This document shows positions 8,497 through 19,503 of a stretch of DNA of 64,000 nt, one piece after another (within the stretch, counting starts at the first letter, position 1; each line of letters begins with the position of its first letter). The stretch comes from an uncultured delta proteobacterium (GTDB lineage: Bacteria > Desulfobacterota > Binatia > UBA9968), in NCBI GenBank assembly GCA_963816145.1, contig CAWFJP010000011.1, forward strand, positions 288,001 through 352,000, read 5' to 3'. A program made the position numbers and the translations under genes. A model generated the notes under the pieces. The model had not been told where the DNA came from. It did not search any database and saw nothing but the letters and a program-made list of their open reading frames with translations.

Positions 8497-10212
8497 TCAG
8501 TGGGTATCGAATATTTCTTGGTACTGTTTCATCTTCGTTTCGGTCGCAGCGGTTTCTGCCTGAGTCGGTTTTGCCGGGTCAAGCGCTGGCGGCACGCAGC
8601 CAAACTTTAACAAACACGCCATTAGCAGCAGCCTCGCCTTGGTCGCGGTCAGATTGCTGCCGGCGATCGCCAGCGGATCGCGCGTGGCATCGACAAAGCC
8701 GCCGGCATTGCCGCGGCCAACTTTAACCACCGGCATGCCGCTGAAAGTGGCGCGCTTGAGGGCCGCATCGACCGAGTTGCTCATGGCGCCGAACGGCGCC
8801 GAACCCTCGGCCACGAAGCCGGCGAGCGGTGCCACCCGCAAGTTATTTTCAATGCGCGCGAGAATATCGACTTCGCTACTGGCGTCGCCGGAAGCATCCG
8901 CCGGCAGGTATCGCGCATGCTTGACGATGGTCACCTTGGGAATCGCCGCGGCAAGCAGCGCCCCCGTGGTATCTTTGACCGGCAGGTTGATCGTTCCAAT
9001 CGTTGCACCTTGAACCCTTGAACCTTGAACGCTTGCCGGCAACCCGCTTATATTCACTAGCGAATTGTGCGTATGCCGTTTGATTGGCTTGAATGAAAAC
9101 TGCGGCGCGCCGGGATGACCCATTCTGCCGATGATCCCGCCATGCCCGCCCGTGGGAATGTAACCGCCGGGGCGAGCGTCGGCTTTTTGCACATCGCGCG
9201 CAGTAAAAATCTGCTCGTCGAGAATCGCGACCGCGCCGATGCAGTCCCGGCCCTGCTCATCGGCCCATATCTTCGAAGTGATGTAATCCACTGAATCGAC
9301 GATGTTACGGTCGCCGTCGTTGCCGATGGCGCCGTGTGGACGTTGCGACGAATTACCGACAATCGGTACCGTCGTGTCGATCAACAAATTGAGCCAATAG
9401 GTGGTTTCTTCGACGAATGGACTGCCCTCGAGCCAGATTCCGCCGGAATATTTGCCGCCACCCAAAGCTTGCTGAACCACATTGGTCAAACGCGCCAAAG
9501 CAGCCATGGGCGGCTCTTTGCGCAGATAGCCGGGGCGATAGGGAAAGAAATCGCTGCCACGAGTCTCAGGCGGAACATCGCCTGCGCCAATATCGGTACG
9601 TTCGCTCTCGCGCCGTCCTTTCGCGTAACCGCCCGACGGCAAGGCGCGGTAAAAGTCGAAGTCTGCCTTGGCCGTCAGCAGACAACCGACGCCTTCATCG
9701 GAAATGCCTAAACGATCGATCTCTTCGAATAATCGTGAGCCGTCTGGGAAAAATGGCACGCGGACCCGATCCGCAGAAACATTTTTGTCCGTGCCGTCCA
9801 TCTCCCAAGGCTGGCCGTTGTTTTGGCGCGCCATATAGGGCAACGGATAGAGGCCGTCTTCCGGTTTTAGAATGATCTCGTAAACCGGCTTGTCAGCAGC
9901 ACTGCTGCGATCCTTGTGAAATACTCCAGTCACGTCGAGATAGCCGTCTGGCGGCGCGTATAGTTCAGCGTGGTCCCGTTCCAAAGGGTGAGCGGTGAAC
10001 TGTTCGACATAGACCGTCACGGGTGCCGCCAAGCGCTGCGCCCGCAACACGTCGAAACGCATCGGCGAGCCATCTTTATTGGTGCGAACCGGCAAGCCGT
10101 ACTTCACCCGCGCCTTGTTGCTGGTCACCAACGGCTCGCTGTTTTGGATCGTCGCCGTCGGTCCGGAAAATACCGCGATGCGCGGTTTGGCGTCGCTGCC
10201 TGTGTCAGCCAT
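8497..10212 (-). CDS. asparaginase-fold protein with altered active-site motifs
   Basis: SGPTATI, EGSPFVEETTYWLNLL, SQRP..DGDRN, RDVQK and NLTATKARLLLMACL..QEIFDTH align with the type I/II asparaginase pattern. Confidence 0.75.
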   Translation of the reverse strand: MADTGSDAKPRIAVFSGPTATIQNSEPLVTSNKARVKYGLPVRTNKDGSPMRFDVLRAQRLAAPVTVYVEQFTAHPLERDHAELYAPPDGYLDVTGVFHKDRSSAADKPVYEIILKPEDGLYPLPYMARQNNGQPWEMDGTDKNVSADRVRVPFFPDGSRLFEEIDRLGISDEGVGCLLTAKADFDFYRALPSGGYAKGRRESERTDIGAGDVPPETRGSDFFPYRPGYLRKEPPMAALARLTNVVQQALGGGKYSGGIWLEGSPFVEETTYWLNLLIDTTVPIVGNSSQRPHGAIGNDGDRNIVDSVDYITSKIWADEQGRDCIGAVAILDEQIFTARDVQKADARPGGYIPTGGHGGIIGRMGHPGAPQFSFKPIKRHTHNSLVNISGLPASVQGSRVQGATIGTINLPVKDTTGALLAAAIPKVTIVKHARYLPADASGDASSEVDILARIENNLRVAPLAGFVAEGSAPFGAMSNSVDAALKRATFSGMPVVKVGRGNAGGFVDATRDPLAIAGSNLTATKARLLLMACLLKFGCVPPALDPAKPTQAETAATETKMKQYQEIFDTH

Positions 10213-10252
10213 CGTGAACTCGCTGGACTAGATTGAACTCAATCGACGAATT

Positions 10253-10831
10253 TTATTTGAGTTCAAACGGCAGCTGCTTGGGCCCATAACCCTGCCAATA
10301 TTTGTTGGTCGCGGGGTCGTAGCGCCCTTGGAGAAAACCGCCGGCCTTTTCTGCACGTACGATGATCGCTACCGTCCGTTGATCGCCGCTTTCCTCCGCG
10401 TGAATCGCATAGGGCGGAACCAAGTCGATCTTGCCGGCGCTGACTTTGACGTTCACCGACTTGCGCACCTCGGCGTAGTTCGGCTTCGAGCCGTCGTCGA
10501 GTCGCTCGTAACGCTCGATCGATTCGGAACCGTCGAGCACGCCGTAAAGCGTCCAGTTATGCGCGTGATCGTGGATTGCTGTGCGAGTATGTGGCGCCTT
10601 GATCAAACCATTGATGACGAACTTGTAATCGGGATCCTCGTAGAATAGAAGATTCTCAGCACGCTCGCCGCCCTGGGAGCAATCGGGCCAGTATTTTGAC
10701 TGTTCTTTCACTGCCGGATCGGCGATCAACTCCTGGAGGAGCGGCGTCATTTTCTCCCAGCGTTTTGCCGGGTCGGCTTCCTCGGCGTGAAGCATGCGTG
10801 CGGACGCGATAAATTTCTTTACAGCGGACAT
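10253..10831 (-). CDS. cupin, cysteine-dioxygenase-like metalloenzyme
   Basis: TAIHDHAHNW.LYGVL.G.E..ERY and IHAE (3-His cupin); RBS AAGGAGG before the ATG at 10831. Confidence 0.75.
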   Translation of the reverse strand: MSAVKKFIASARMLHAEEADPAKRWEKMTPLLQELIADPAVKEQSKYWPDCSQGGERAENLLFYEDPDYKFVINGLIKAPHTRTAIHDHAHNWTLYGVLDGSESIERYERLDDGSKPNYAEVRKSVNVKVSAGKIDLVPPYAIHAEESGDQRTVAIIVRAEKAGGFLQGRYDPATNKYWQGYGPKQLPFELK

Positions 10832-10949
10832 AAGATCCTCCTTTGGCATAATGCCAATTATGACTAGTTATCGAATTATTAGTCCGATGAGACGCTAGTC
10901 GTCAAGCTGGACTAGAGGATTTCAATTTACCGATTCCAAATTCCAAAAT

Positions 10950-10988
10950 AAAAAAGTCTCCGACAGCGATCAAGCCAGCGGAGCCTTT
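10950..10988 (-). terminator. probable intrinsic terminator after ahcY
   Basis: Minus strand AAAGGCTCCG...CGGAGACTTTTTT, an imperfect stem followed by a U-run. Confidence 0.5.
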
Positions 10989-11010
10989 CGGACCGGTTAG
11001 TAAATCGAAC

Positions 11011-12342
<1,332 letters not shown>

Positions 12343-12350
12343 CTACATTC

Positions 12351-12375
12351 GCAGGGTGCGCCCAGCGCACCCTGC
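12351..12375. repeat. REP-like palindrome in the metK-ahcY spacer
   Basis: Perfect 10-bp stem GCAGGGTGCG-CCCAG-CGCACCCTGC. Confidence 0.55.
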
Positions 12376-12437
12376 TCATCTTTTATTGTCGTTGGTGATG
12401 AAAAATGACCGGCTAGCGCCGGTGGTGGAAGCGATCG

Positions 12438-13616
12438 CTAAACCCGCCCAGCAGCTTTCTTGAGATCGGCTGCGCGATCAGTCTTTTCCCAAGTGAACAT
12501 GCCCTCTTCCGGTGCGCGGCCAAAGTGGCCGTAGGCCGCCGTGGCGCGATAAATCGGCCGCTTTAGATCGAGGGTGTGAATGATACCCTTGGGGCTCAAA
12601 TCGAAACTGTCTTGGACGATTTTGGCAATCTTATCTTCGGGAATCTTCGCGGTACCGAAGGTGTCGACCAGAACCGAAACCGGCTGCGCCACGCCGATCA
12701 CATAGGCGAGTTGCACTTCGCATCGTTGAGCCAGTTCCGCGGCGACGATATTCTTAGCGACATAGCGCGCCATGTAGGCCGCGCTACGGTCGACCTTCGA
12801 CGGGTCTTTGCCCGAGAAAGCACCGCCGCCATGCCGGCCCATGCCGCCGTAGGTGTCGACGATAATTTTTCGGCCGGTCAAACCGCAATCGCCTTGCGGG
12901 CCGCCAACAACGAACCGGCCGGTCGGGTTCACATGAAAGACCGTGTCTTCGTCCAGAAATTCGCCAGGTATCACAGCTCTAATGACACCGTCGATTATCG
13001 TCTCGCGTAATTTCGCATACTCGACATCGGCGCTATGTTGTGTCGAAATCACGACGTTTTTGACTTTGACCGGTTTGCCATCGCGATACTCGACGGTGAC
13101 CTGGGATTTACTGTCGGGGCGGAGAAAATAAGCCTCGCCGCCTTTGCGGACTTTGGCTAAATAGTGGACCAAACTATGCGCCATCTGGATCGGGAAAGGC
13201 ATCAATTCCGGAGTCTCATCGCAAGCGTAACCGAACATCATGCCTTGATCGCCGGCGCCCTGCTCCTTGTGCAAGCCTTCGCCCTCGGTGACGCCTTGCG
13301 AGATGTCGGGCGACTGCTGTTCCACCGCCGTGAGAATCGCGCAGGTATTGCCGTCAAAACCCATCGACGAATCCGTGTAACCGATGTCGCGCACGACCTC
13401 GCGCACGATATCGACATAAGGAACCTTGATCTTGCTGGTGATTTCGCCAGCGACGACGACCATGCCAGTCTTGGCTAAACTCTCGCAGGCAACGCGGCTG
13501 TCAGGATCACCGGCAAGGTGGGCATCGAGAATGGCGTCGGACACTTGATCGCAAAGCTTATCCGGATGCCCTTCCGAAACGGACTCCGAGGTAAATAAGA
13601 AATTTTTGCCGGCCAT
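12438..13616 (-). CDS. metK: S-adenosylmethionine synthetase
   Basis: [19 protein letters not shown] and [16 protein letters not shown] signatures. Confidence 0.98.
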   Translation of the reverse strand: MAGKNFLFTSESVSEGHPDKLCDQVSDAILDAHLAGDPDSRVACESLAKTGMVVVAGEITSKIKVPYVDIVREVVRDIGYTDSSMGFDGNTCAILTAVEQQSPDISQGVTEGEGLHKEQGAGDQGMMFGYACDETPELMPFPIQMAHSLVHYLAKVRKGGEAYFLRPDSKSQVTVEYRDGKPVKVKNVVISTQHSADVEYAKLRETIIDGVIRAVIPGEFLDEDTVFHVNPTGRFVVGGPQGDCGLTGRKIIVDTYGGMGRHGGGAFSGKDPSKVDRSAAYMARYVAKNIVAAELAQRCEVQLAYVIGVAQPVSVLVDTFGTAKIPEDKIAKIVQDSFDLSPKGIIHTLDLKRPIYRATAAYGHFGRAPEEGMFTWEKTDRAADLKKAAGRV

Positions 13617-13694
13617 CAGTAAAGACCTCCAAGGTTCGAGAAATGCGGGAATTTAATCTGCGCATACTATCGGATCAGGGGTGGGTAATCAACC

Positions 13695-13970
13695 TTATTC
13701 ACTCTCGTTGAAGCGCGCGTCAATGAGCATTTCGAGCGCTTTCACCGCCTTCTCGGCGTCGTCGCCGGTGGCTTCGATTTGAATTTTGCTTCCCCGTGGC
13801 ACTCCCAACGACATCACGCCCAAAATGCTTCGGCCATCGGTGCTTTGACCGTCCGCAGAAAAAATAATCTGAGCGGAGAATTTATTGACGGTTTGCACGA
13901 GCAGCGCCGCTGCGCGCGCATGGACGCCCAGCTTGTTTTTGATTTCAATCTTCTTGACGACTTTACTCAT
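13695..13970 (-). CDS. ptsH: HPr/NPr phosphocarrier protein
   Basis: NKLGVHARAA (His15) and RSILGVMSL (Ser46); start at ATG 13970. Confidence 0.9.
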   Translation of the reverse strand: MSKVVKKIEIKNKLGVHARAAALLVQTVNKFSAQIIFSADGQSTDGRSILGVMSLGVPRGSKIQIEATGDDAEKAVKALEMLIDARFNESE

Positions 13971-13974
13971 AACC

Positions 13975-14841
13975 TCACTTGTCGATGTCCCGATGCTTGA
14001 TATGGACGCGCAAGCTGCCGCCGCCGAAACGCTTTCGCAGTTCTTCAACCAAGGCCACGGATCGGTGTTGCCCCCCCGTGCAACCGAGCCCTAACGTCAA
14101 ACTGCTTTTGCCCTCGCGTTCGTAGAGCGGTAAAGTGAATTCCAAAAGCGCGTACAGGCGATCGAGAAAAGCGCGAGTTTCCGAATTGCCAAGCACGTAT
14201 TTCTCAACCTCCTGATCAAGTCCGCTCTTGCCGCGCAACTCGCTGACGAAATACGGATTGGGAAGAAAACGCACATCGAAAACGATATCGGTGTCGTGCG
14301 GAATACCGAACTTGTAACCGAATGAGGTTAGAAACAGAGTCATGCGGCGCGCCGAAGGGGCATCGCAAAACTGTTGTTCCATCTCGCGCTTGAGCTGATG
14401 CACATTGAAGTCGCTGGTATCGATCACCTTGTCGGCCAAAGCGCGGATCGACTCCAAGGCTTTGCGTTCCCGCGAGATGCCATCCAAGATAGACCCGCCG
14501 ACAGCGGAGGGGTGAGGCCGCCGAGTTTCACTGAAGCGCCGCAACAGCACATCATCCGACGCGTCAAAGAACAGCACTTGAACATGATGCCCGGCGTCGC
14601 GCATCGCGGTTAGGACCTCGGGCAATGCGCGCAGAAACTGACTGCCACGTAGATCGACGCCCAAAGCGATGCGTATTATGTCTTCCTGGTAGCCTTGGCA
14701 AAGCTCGACGAACTTCGGAATCAACGGCGCCGGCAAATTGTCGATACAAAAAAAACCGTTGTCTTCCAGGGCGCGTATCGCAAAACTCTTACCCGAACCC
14801 GAAAGGCCAGTGATGATAAATATATCTAGGGCGCTGGCCAT
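13975..14841 (-). CDS. rapZ: RNase adapter RapZ
   Basis: GLSGSGKS P-loop, CIDNLP, SFGYKFG, DVRFLPNP and GCTGGQHRSV motifs. Confidence 0.95.
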   Translation of the reverse strand: MASALDIFIITGLSGSGKSFAIRALEDNGFFCIDNLPAPLIPKFVELCQGYQEDIIRIALGVDLRGSQFLRALPEVLTAMRDAGHHVQVLFFDASDDVLLRRFSETRRPHPSAVGGSILDGISRERKALESIRALADKVIDTSDFNVHQLKREMEQQFCDAPSARRMTLFLTSFGYKFGIPHDTDIVFDVRFLPNPYFVSELRGKSGLDQEVEKYVLGNSETRAFLDRLYALLEFTLPLYEREGKSSLTLGLGCTGGQHRSVALVEELRKRFGGGSLRVHIKHRDIDK

Positions 14842-14851
14842 AGTCGGACGA

Positions 14852-15313
14852 TTAGAACTTGTCGTCCTCGTCGCTAATTAGCGCAAACAACTCCTGTTGG
14901 TTTTTCCCCGTCATTAAGCGCTGGCGAAAAGCTGCGTCCTTTAGCAGCCGCGAAATTCGCGCCAGCGCTTTTAGGTGATCGGCGGCGGCGTTCTCCGGCG
15001 CGATCAATACAAAAAAAAGATGTGTCGGCTCTCCGTCAAGGGAGTTAAAATCTACCCCCGCCTGGCTGCGCGCAAACACGCCGTAGATCTTATCTAAGCC
15101 AGGTAATTTGCCATGGGGAATCGCCACACCGTCACCGATCGCCGTCGAACTGATCCGTTCCCGTTCCTGGAGAACGCCGAGAACTCTTTGTCGGTCCAAG
15201 TGATCGTACTTGGCGGCCAACCCAGCCGCAAGCTCGACCAGCGCTGTGTCCTTTTCGCGGCTGGCGAGATCGGGGATGACGCTGTGAACGCTAACAAAAT
15301 CGATAATCTTCAC
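14852..15313 (-). CDS. ptsN: PTS IIA(Ntr)-type nitrogen regulatory protein
   Basis: RERISSTAIGDGVAIPHG and HLKALARISR; lies downstream of rpoN; GTG start. Confidence 0.9.
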   Translation of the reverse strand: MKIIDFVSVHSVIPDLASREKDTALVELAAGLAAKYDHLDRQRVLGVLQERERISSTAIGDGVAIPHGKLPGLDKIYGVFARSQAGVDFNSLDGEPTHLFFVLIAPENAAADHLKALARISRLLKDAAFRQRLMTGKNQQELFALISDEDDKF

Positions 15314-15465
15314 GCGTTTTTCCTTATGCGGTTGAGTTGGGTCTGTTCATCGGGCAGTCGCTCTGACGCACGCTCTTGGCCACTTGTCTGGCATAAAGTC
15401 GGCGCAGTCATGGCGAAACCAAATAGAAATTGGCTGTCCGTCATCGCCCGCGGATCTCCGTTCGA

Positions 15466-16941
15466 CTACTTGCGCACGAAATGGCGCCGCTTGGACGACG
15501 GCAACACACCCATGGCTTCGCGGTATTTGGCCACGGTTCGGCGGGCGATCTCGATGGAGTCGTCGGACAGCATCGCGGCGATATGCTGATCGCTATACGG
15601 CTTGCGGGGATCTTCGGCCGCAACGATCGCACGAATCTTTTCCTTGACGCTTTCGCTGGCGACATCGTCGCCGCCGCGACTCATCAATCCGCTCTGGAAG
15701 AAAAACTTGAGCTCAAATAACCCTTGAGGGGTATGCACGTATTTGTTAGCCGTCGCCCGGCTCACCGTCGACTCATGCATCGAAATGTCTTCAGCGACCT
15801 GGCGCAACACCATGGGTTTTAAATGACTCACGCCATGATCGAGAAACTCTTCCTGAAACTTGAAAATGCTCTGGGTAACCTTCATCAGCGTTGCTTGGCG
15901 CTGTTGAATACTCTTGATCAGCCAAGTGGCAGCCCGGACTTTTTCCTGGAGGTACTGGCGGGCTTGGTCTTCTTCCGCCCCTTCTTGCCCGGCCATACGG
16001 CGATATAACGAACTCACCCGTAGCCGCGGCACGCCATCATCGTTCAGGTAGATCACCCATTCGCCGCTGATTTTCTCGACGAAAACATCAGGCAATACGG
16101 TGCGCACATCGTCTTGCTCGAAGCCGCGAGACGGTTTCGGCTCCAGGGATGCGATCAAGTGCGCGGCATCGACGATCTCATCGACAGTGACACCGAGATC
16201 CTTGGCAAGCTTTTCATAGCGCTTCGATTCGAGATAACTCAAGTGGCCGTCGACGACCCGCGCCGCCAGGCTGTCGATCAGCTTGAGATTTTCCAGCTGT
16301 ACCAGCAAACACTCGCGCAGATCCCGCGCCGCGACCCCCACGGGATCGAAAAACTGGATGCGCTTTAGCACCGTTGCGGCTTCATCAGGAGTGCATTCCA
16401 CCGCATTGCAGATCTCGTCGAGACTCAGGGCCAGATAGCCGTTCTCATTGATGTTCTGGATGATGTAGAAACCGATGTTCGATTCTCGTTCGCTGATCTT
16501 CGACAAGCGCAACTGCCAAATTAGGTGATCTTCGAGGGAAGTTTTTTTCGTTAAACTATTCTCCCACGATGGCGGCGAGTCGCCATCGTCTGACATCGCT
16601 TCGGCCGTCAGCGAGCTATGCACACCGTTGGAATGGCTATCGAGATACTCTTGCCAATCCAGAGTGCCGATCTTGTCCACCGTATTGGGCTCGCGCGGCG
16701 CCACCAATTCGGCGAACTCTTCGGTCGGCTCACTCTTGGTTTCGACGCGCGGTTGCTCGGCGACTTCGGGCTCGTCGCTGGCGCCCTCTTCCAGAACTGG
16801 GTTTTCTAGCAGTTCTTTGAGAACCATTTCTTCAAGCTCGACGCGGGACAGTTGCAATAACTTGATTGCCTGCTGCAGCTGCGGCGTCATAACCAACGTC
16901 TGAGTCAGCTTTTGAACTTGGTGTAGATTTAGACCTGCCAT
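15466..16941 (-). CDS. rpoN: RNA polymerase sigma-54 factor
   Basis: Gln-rich region I (MTPQLQQAIKLLQL), HESTVSR and the RpoN box ARRTVAKYRE. Confidence 0.98.
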   Translation of the reverse strand: MAGLNLHQVQKLTQTLVMTPQLQQAIKLLQLSRVELEEMVLKELLENPVLEEGASDEPEVAEQPRVETKSEPTEEFAELVAPREPNTVDKIGTLDWQEYLDSHSNGVHSSLTAEAMSDDGDSPPSWENSLTKKTSLEDHLIWQLRLSKISERESNIGFYIIQNINENGYLALSLDEICNAVECTPDEAATVLKRIQFFDPVGVAARDLRECLLVQLENLKLIDSLAARVVDGHLSYLESKRYEKLAKDLGVTVDEIVDAAHLIASLEPKPSRGFEQDDVRTVLPDVFVEKISGEWVIYLNDDGVPRLRVSSLYRRMAGQEGAEEDQARQYLQEKVRAATWLIKSIQQRQATLMKVTQSIFKFQEEFLDHGVSHLKPMVLRQVAEDISMHESTVSRATANKYVHTPQGLFELKFFFQSGLMSRGGDDVASESVKEKIRAIVAAEDPRKPYSDQHIAAMLSDDSIEIARRTVAKYREAMGVLPSSKRRHFVRK

Positions 16942-16943
16942 GG

Positions 16944-17666
16944 TTAGAACTTGAATCCTTCCCCCAAATAAAACTTTCGCGCCCTAGGGCTGGCGGCAAT
17001 CGATTGCGGTGTGCCCTCTTCCAAGATCGTACCCTCGTTGACGATATAGGCCCGGTCACAGATACCCAGTGTCTCTCTAACGTTATGATCGGTAATCAAG
17101 ATGCCGATACCGCTGGTGATGAGATTGCGAATGATTTTTTGAATCTCCGCGACCGCGATCGGGTCGATACCGGTGAAGGGCTCGTCGAGCAAGAGAAAAA
17201 ACGGCGAGAGCACCAATGCTCGGGCAATCTCGACACGCCGCCGTTCGCCGCCGGATAAGGTAAACGCCTTATGGGTCGCAAGATGGCTCACGCCGAGCAT
17301 TTTCATAAGCCCGGCCCCTCGTTCTTTTTGATCAGCACTGCTCAAATCGAGGGTTTGCAGGATCGCCAGTAAGTTTTGCTCTACCGTCAAGCGGCGAAAC
17401 ACCGAGGATTCCTGCGGCAGGTAACTAATTCCGGCCCGGGCGCGCTGATAAATCGGCGCTTGAGTTAGATCGTCTTCGTTCAATAACACATGACCTTCAT
17501 CGGGCTGAACCAGACCAACCATCATATGAAACGTGGTGGTCTTACCAGCGCCATTGGGACCTAATAAACCAACCACTTCACCGCTTTCGACCACCAAGTT
17601 CACTCCATTGACGACACGGCGTCCGCCGTAAGACTTGGCAACCGACAATGCCTTGAGCACACTCAT
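16944..17666 (-). CDS. lptB: LPS export ABC transporter ATP-binding protein
   Basis: [26 protein letters not shown] and LITDHNVRE motifs; directly upstream of rpoN. Confidence 0.95.
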   Translation of the reverse strand: MSVLKALSVAKSYGGRRVVNGVNLVVESGEVVGLLGPNGAGKTTTFHMMVGLVQPDEGHVLLNEDDLTQAPIYQRARAGISYLPQESSVFRRLTVEQNLLAILQTLDLSSADQKERGAGLMKMLGVSHLATHKAFTLSGGERRRVEIARALVLSPFFLLLDEPFTGIDPIAVAEIQKIIRNLITSGIGILITDHNVRETLGICDRAYIVNEGTILEEGTPQSIAASPRARKFYLGEGFKF

Positions 17667-18223
17667 TTCGACTTGGCATCCCCTTGCTCCCGGACCTTTA
17701 ACTCCTCTGGGAATATCGTCGCCGAAACCCTAACCTTACCATCGCTTTCGACCATGGCGCGATCCTGTTCAATAAAATAAACCACCTTCGCACCGCTGAC
17801 TTGATTGTTGCCTTGGCGCATCACCGGGTTACCGGTCAGAGTAACCGTTTTGGCCTTATCATCGAAAACGGCACGATCACCGGTGGCAACACGCGCCCCT
17901 TGGGTTGCATTGACCTTGCCATCTAAGACGATTTGTTTCATTTGCTTCATTTCAGGATCGTAATATGCGGTTAGAACGTCACTACGCATGGTCATATCGG
18001 ACTGCACCGCAACCACCCGGCCTTTGTAAATGATAGTACTCTTCACTTGATCGACTTCCATCCAGTCAGCAGTGATGTAGATCGGATCTTTTTTATTAAA
18101 CTCGAAGGCATTGACGGTCTTTTTGCCTTCCACCGCCGCTGCAGCCGCTACGGCGTGCGCTGATGGAAAAGAAATGGACCAACATACGCCCAAGACGATT
18201 GCCAAGAGGGCTTTCTCTATCAT
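17663..18223 (-). CDS. lptA: LPS transport periplasmic protein LptA
   Basis: Signal peptide, PIYITAD, OstA-like beta-jellyroll (LTGNP..QG.N.VSG); synteny lptC-lptA-lptB. Confidence 0.85.
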   Translation of the reverse strand: MIEKALLAIVLGVCWSISFPSAHAVAAAAAVEGKKTVNAFEFNKKDPIYITADWMEVDQVKSTIIYKGRVVAVQSDMTMRSDVLTAYYDPEMKQMKQIVLDGKVNATQGARVATGDRAVFDDKAKTVTLTGNPVMRQGNNQVSGAKVVYFIEQDRAMVESDGKVRVSATIFPEELKVREQGDAKSK

Positions 18224-18224
18224 G

Positions 18225-18851
18225 TTATCCCCCTACCCTTGGATTGTTCGATGTCTTGGTTTTCTTGATGGCCAGTTTTTCCGGTTCGATCTTTGTTTTG
18301 ACGTCACGCACCATGCGAATTATTTTTCCTTCTAGCTCGACTTCCATACTCGCTCCCTCGATCGAAATACCCTCACCAACGACCTGAGTTCGGCTCGGCA
18401 ACGAGATCTGGTCCTTGGCAGGGAGATAATTGGCCGACTCCGAAGTCAACACGTACCCCTTCATCTCGACCCGGACCCCGCCTTTGAGTTCCAACCGTTC
18501 GAGCTCCTTCTCATTCAAGAAAATGTGCGCGGTCTCAGCCGAAGTTTCCGCCGCCTCATCTTTTTTATCGTAGTAAAAAAATCGCGGCCGCTTGATCAAC
18601 GCTTCGCGCTTGTCCTTCAGATAATTGGCTTCGTCGCCAAACAGCTCCCAGACCTTGCGGCCGTTTTCGATCTTGGCACGATGAAAATCTTTGATATGCA
18701 ACGTGGATTCAGGTAACGCATCGAGGACAGCAACGGGACTTTTTACGACAACCTTCTTCATCTGCCGCACGACATCGGCAACTTTATATGCCACTCCACC
18801 CAGTGAAAGGAGGATGACAGTGAGGAGGAGGGCTCGTCTGGTCTTACGCAT
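18225..18851 (-). CDS. lptC: LPS export periplasmic protein LptC
   Basis: Single N-terminal TM helix then a beta-rich domain; position between kdsC and lptA. Confidence 0.8.
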   Translation of the reverse strand: MRKTRRALLLTVILLSLGGVAYKVADVVRQMKKVVVKSPVAVLDALPESTLHIKDFHRAKIENGRKVWELFGDEANYLKDKREALIKRPRFFYYDKKDEAAETSAETAHIFLNEKELERLELKGGVRVEMKGYVLTSESANYLPAKDQISLPSRTQVVGEGISIEGASMEVELEGKIIRMVRDVKTKIEPEKLAIKKTKTSNNPRVGG

Positions 18852-18875
18852 GGTCAAATCAGCAATGTAAACGCA

Positions 18876-18904
18876 AAAATACCACTCTTAAGAATTTCTG
18901 TAAA
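18876..18904 (-). promoter_or_regulatory. candidate sigma70 promoter for lptC-lptA-lptB-rpoN
   Basis: Minus strand TTTACA-N17-TATTTT with TG just before the -10 (extended -10). Confidence 0.5.
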
Positions 18905-18908
18905 GGAT

Positions 18909-18925
18909 TAGGCACGAAATTTGCT
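18909..18925 (+). promoter_or_regulatory. sigma54 -24/-12 element, reverse-oriented relative to the rpoN operon
   Basis: TAGGCACGAAATTTGCT closely matches TGGCACG-N4-TTGCW with exact GG-N10-GC spacing. Confidence 0.7.
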
Positions 18926-18965
18926 TTGAAGATTGGTAAGCTTCTGGTGCGATTGAGGATTTCGT

Positions 18966-19493
18966 CTAACGGAGGAGCAAGTTTGCCCACTTATTCTGGG
19001 CTTTGATTATCAGCTCGGCGACTTCACGGACCGCGCCGACTCCGCCCTGCGCGAGGGTAACGTAGTCGGCATACGGCTTGAGCTCTGCCGAACCGTCGCC
19101 AACCATAACCGCCAATCCGACACTGCGCAGCACGGGTAGATCTATGATGTCGTCGCCAACATAGGCAATCTGCTCGTCGGTCAGGCGCGTCTTCTCCTTA
19201 ATTTGCTCATAGATCATCAGCTTGTCCTGAACGCCCTGGAAAACTAGCGAGACCTTCAGATCCTTAGCTCGATGGCGGACAACTTTGGACGAGCGTCCTG
19301 TGATGAACCCCACTTCTATCCCGCTGCGCTTTAAAAATGAAATTCCTTGGCCGTCGCGGACATGAAAGTGCTTGGTTTCGACCCCGCGGTCGTCGATGAT
19401 AATGCGCCCGTCTGTGAGCACACCGTCAACGTCCAATAAAAGCAGTCGAATGTTCGCGGCCTTTTTGCGCACCGAAGCAGGAAGGGTCTTCAC
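18966..19493 (-). CDS. kdsC: KDO 8-phosphate phosphatase (HAD family)
   Basis: LLDVDGVLTDG, GDDIIDLP and GG.GAVRE motifs. Confidence 0.95.
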   Translation of the reverse strand: MKTLPASVRKKAANIRLLLLDVDGVLTDGRIIIDDRGVETKHFHVRDGQGISFLKRSGIEVGFITGRSSKVVRHRAKDLKVSLVFQGVQDKLMIYEQIKEKTRLTDEQIAYVGDDIIDLPVLRSVGLAVMVGDGSAELKPYADYVTLAQGGVGAVREVAELIIKAQNKWANLLLR

Positions 19494-19503
19494 GGCGCGC
19501 GTA

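Noticed and set aside
15389-15403. sigma54-like TGGCATAAAGTCGGC antisense to rpoN
   Set aside because: Spacing fits but the -12 lacks TTGC; too weak without conservation data
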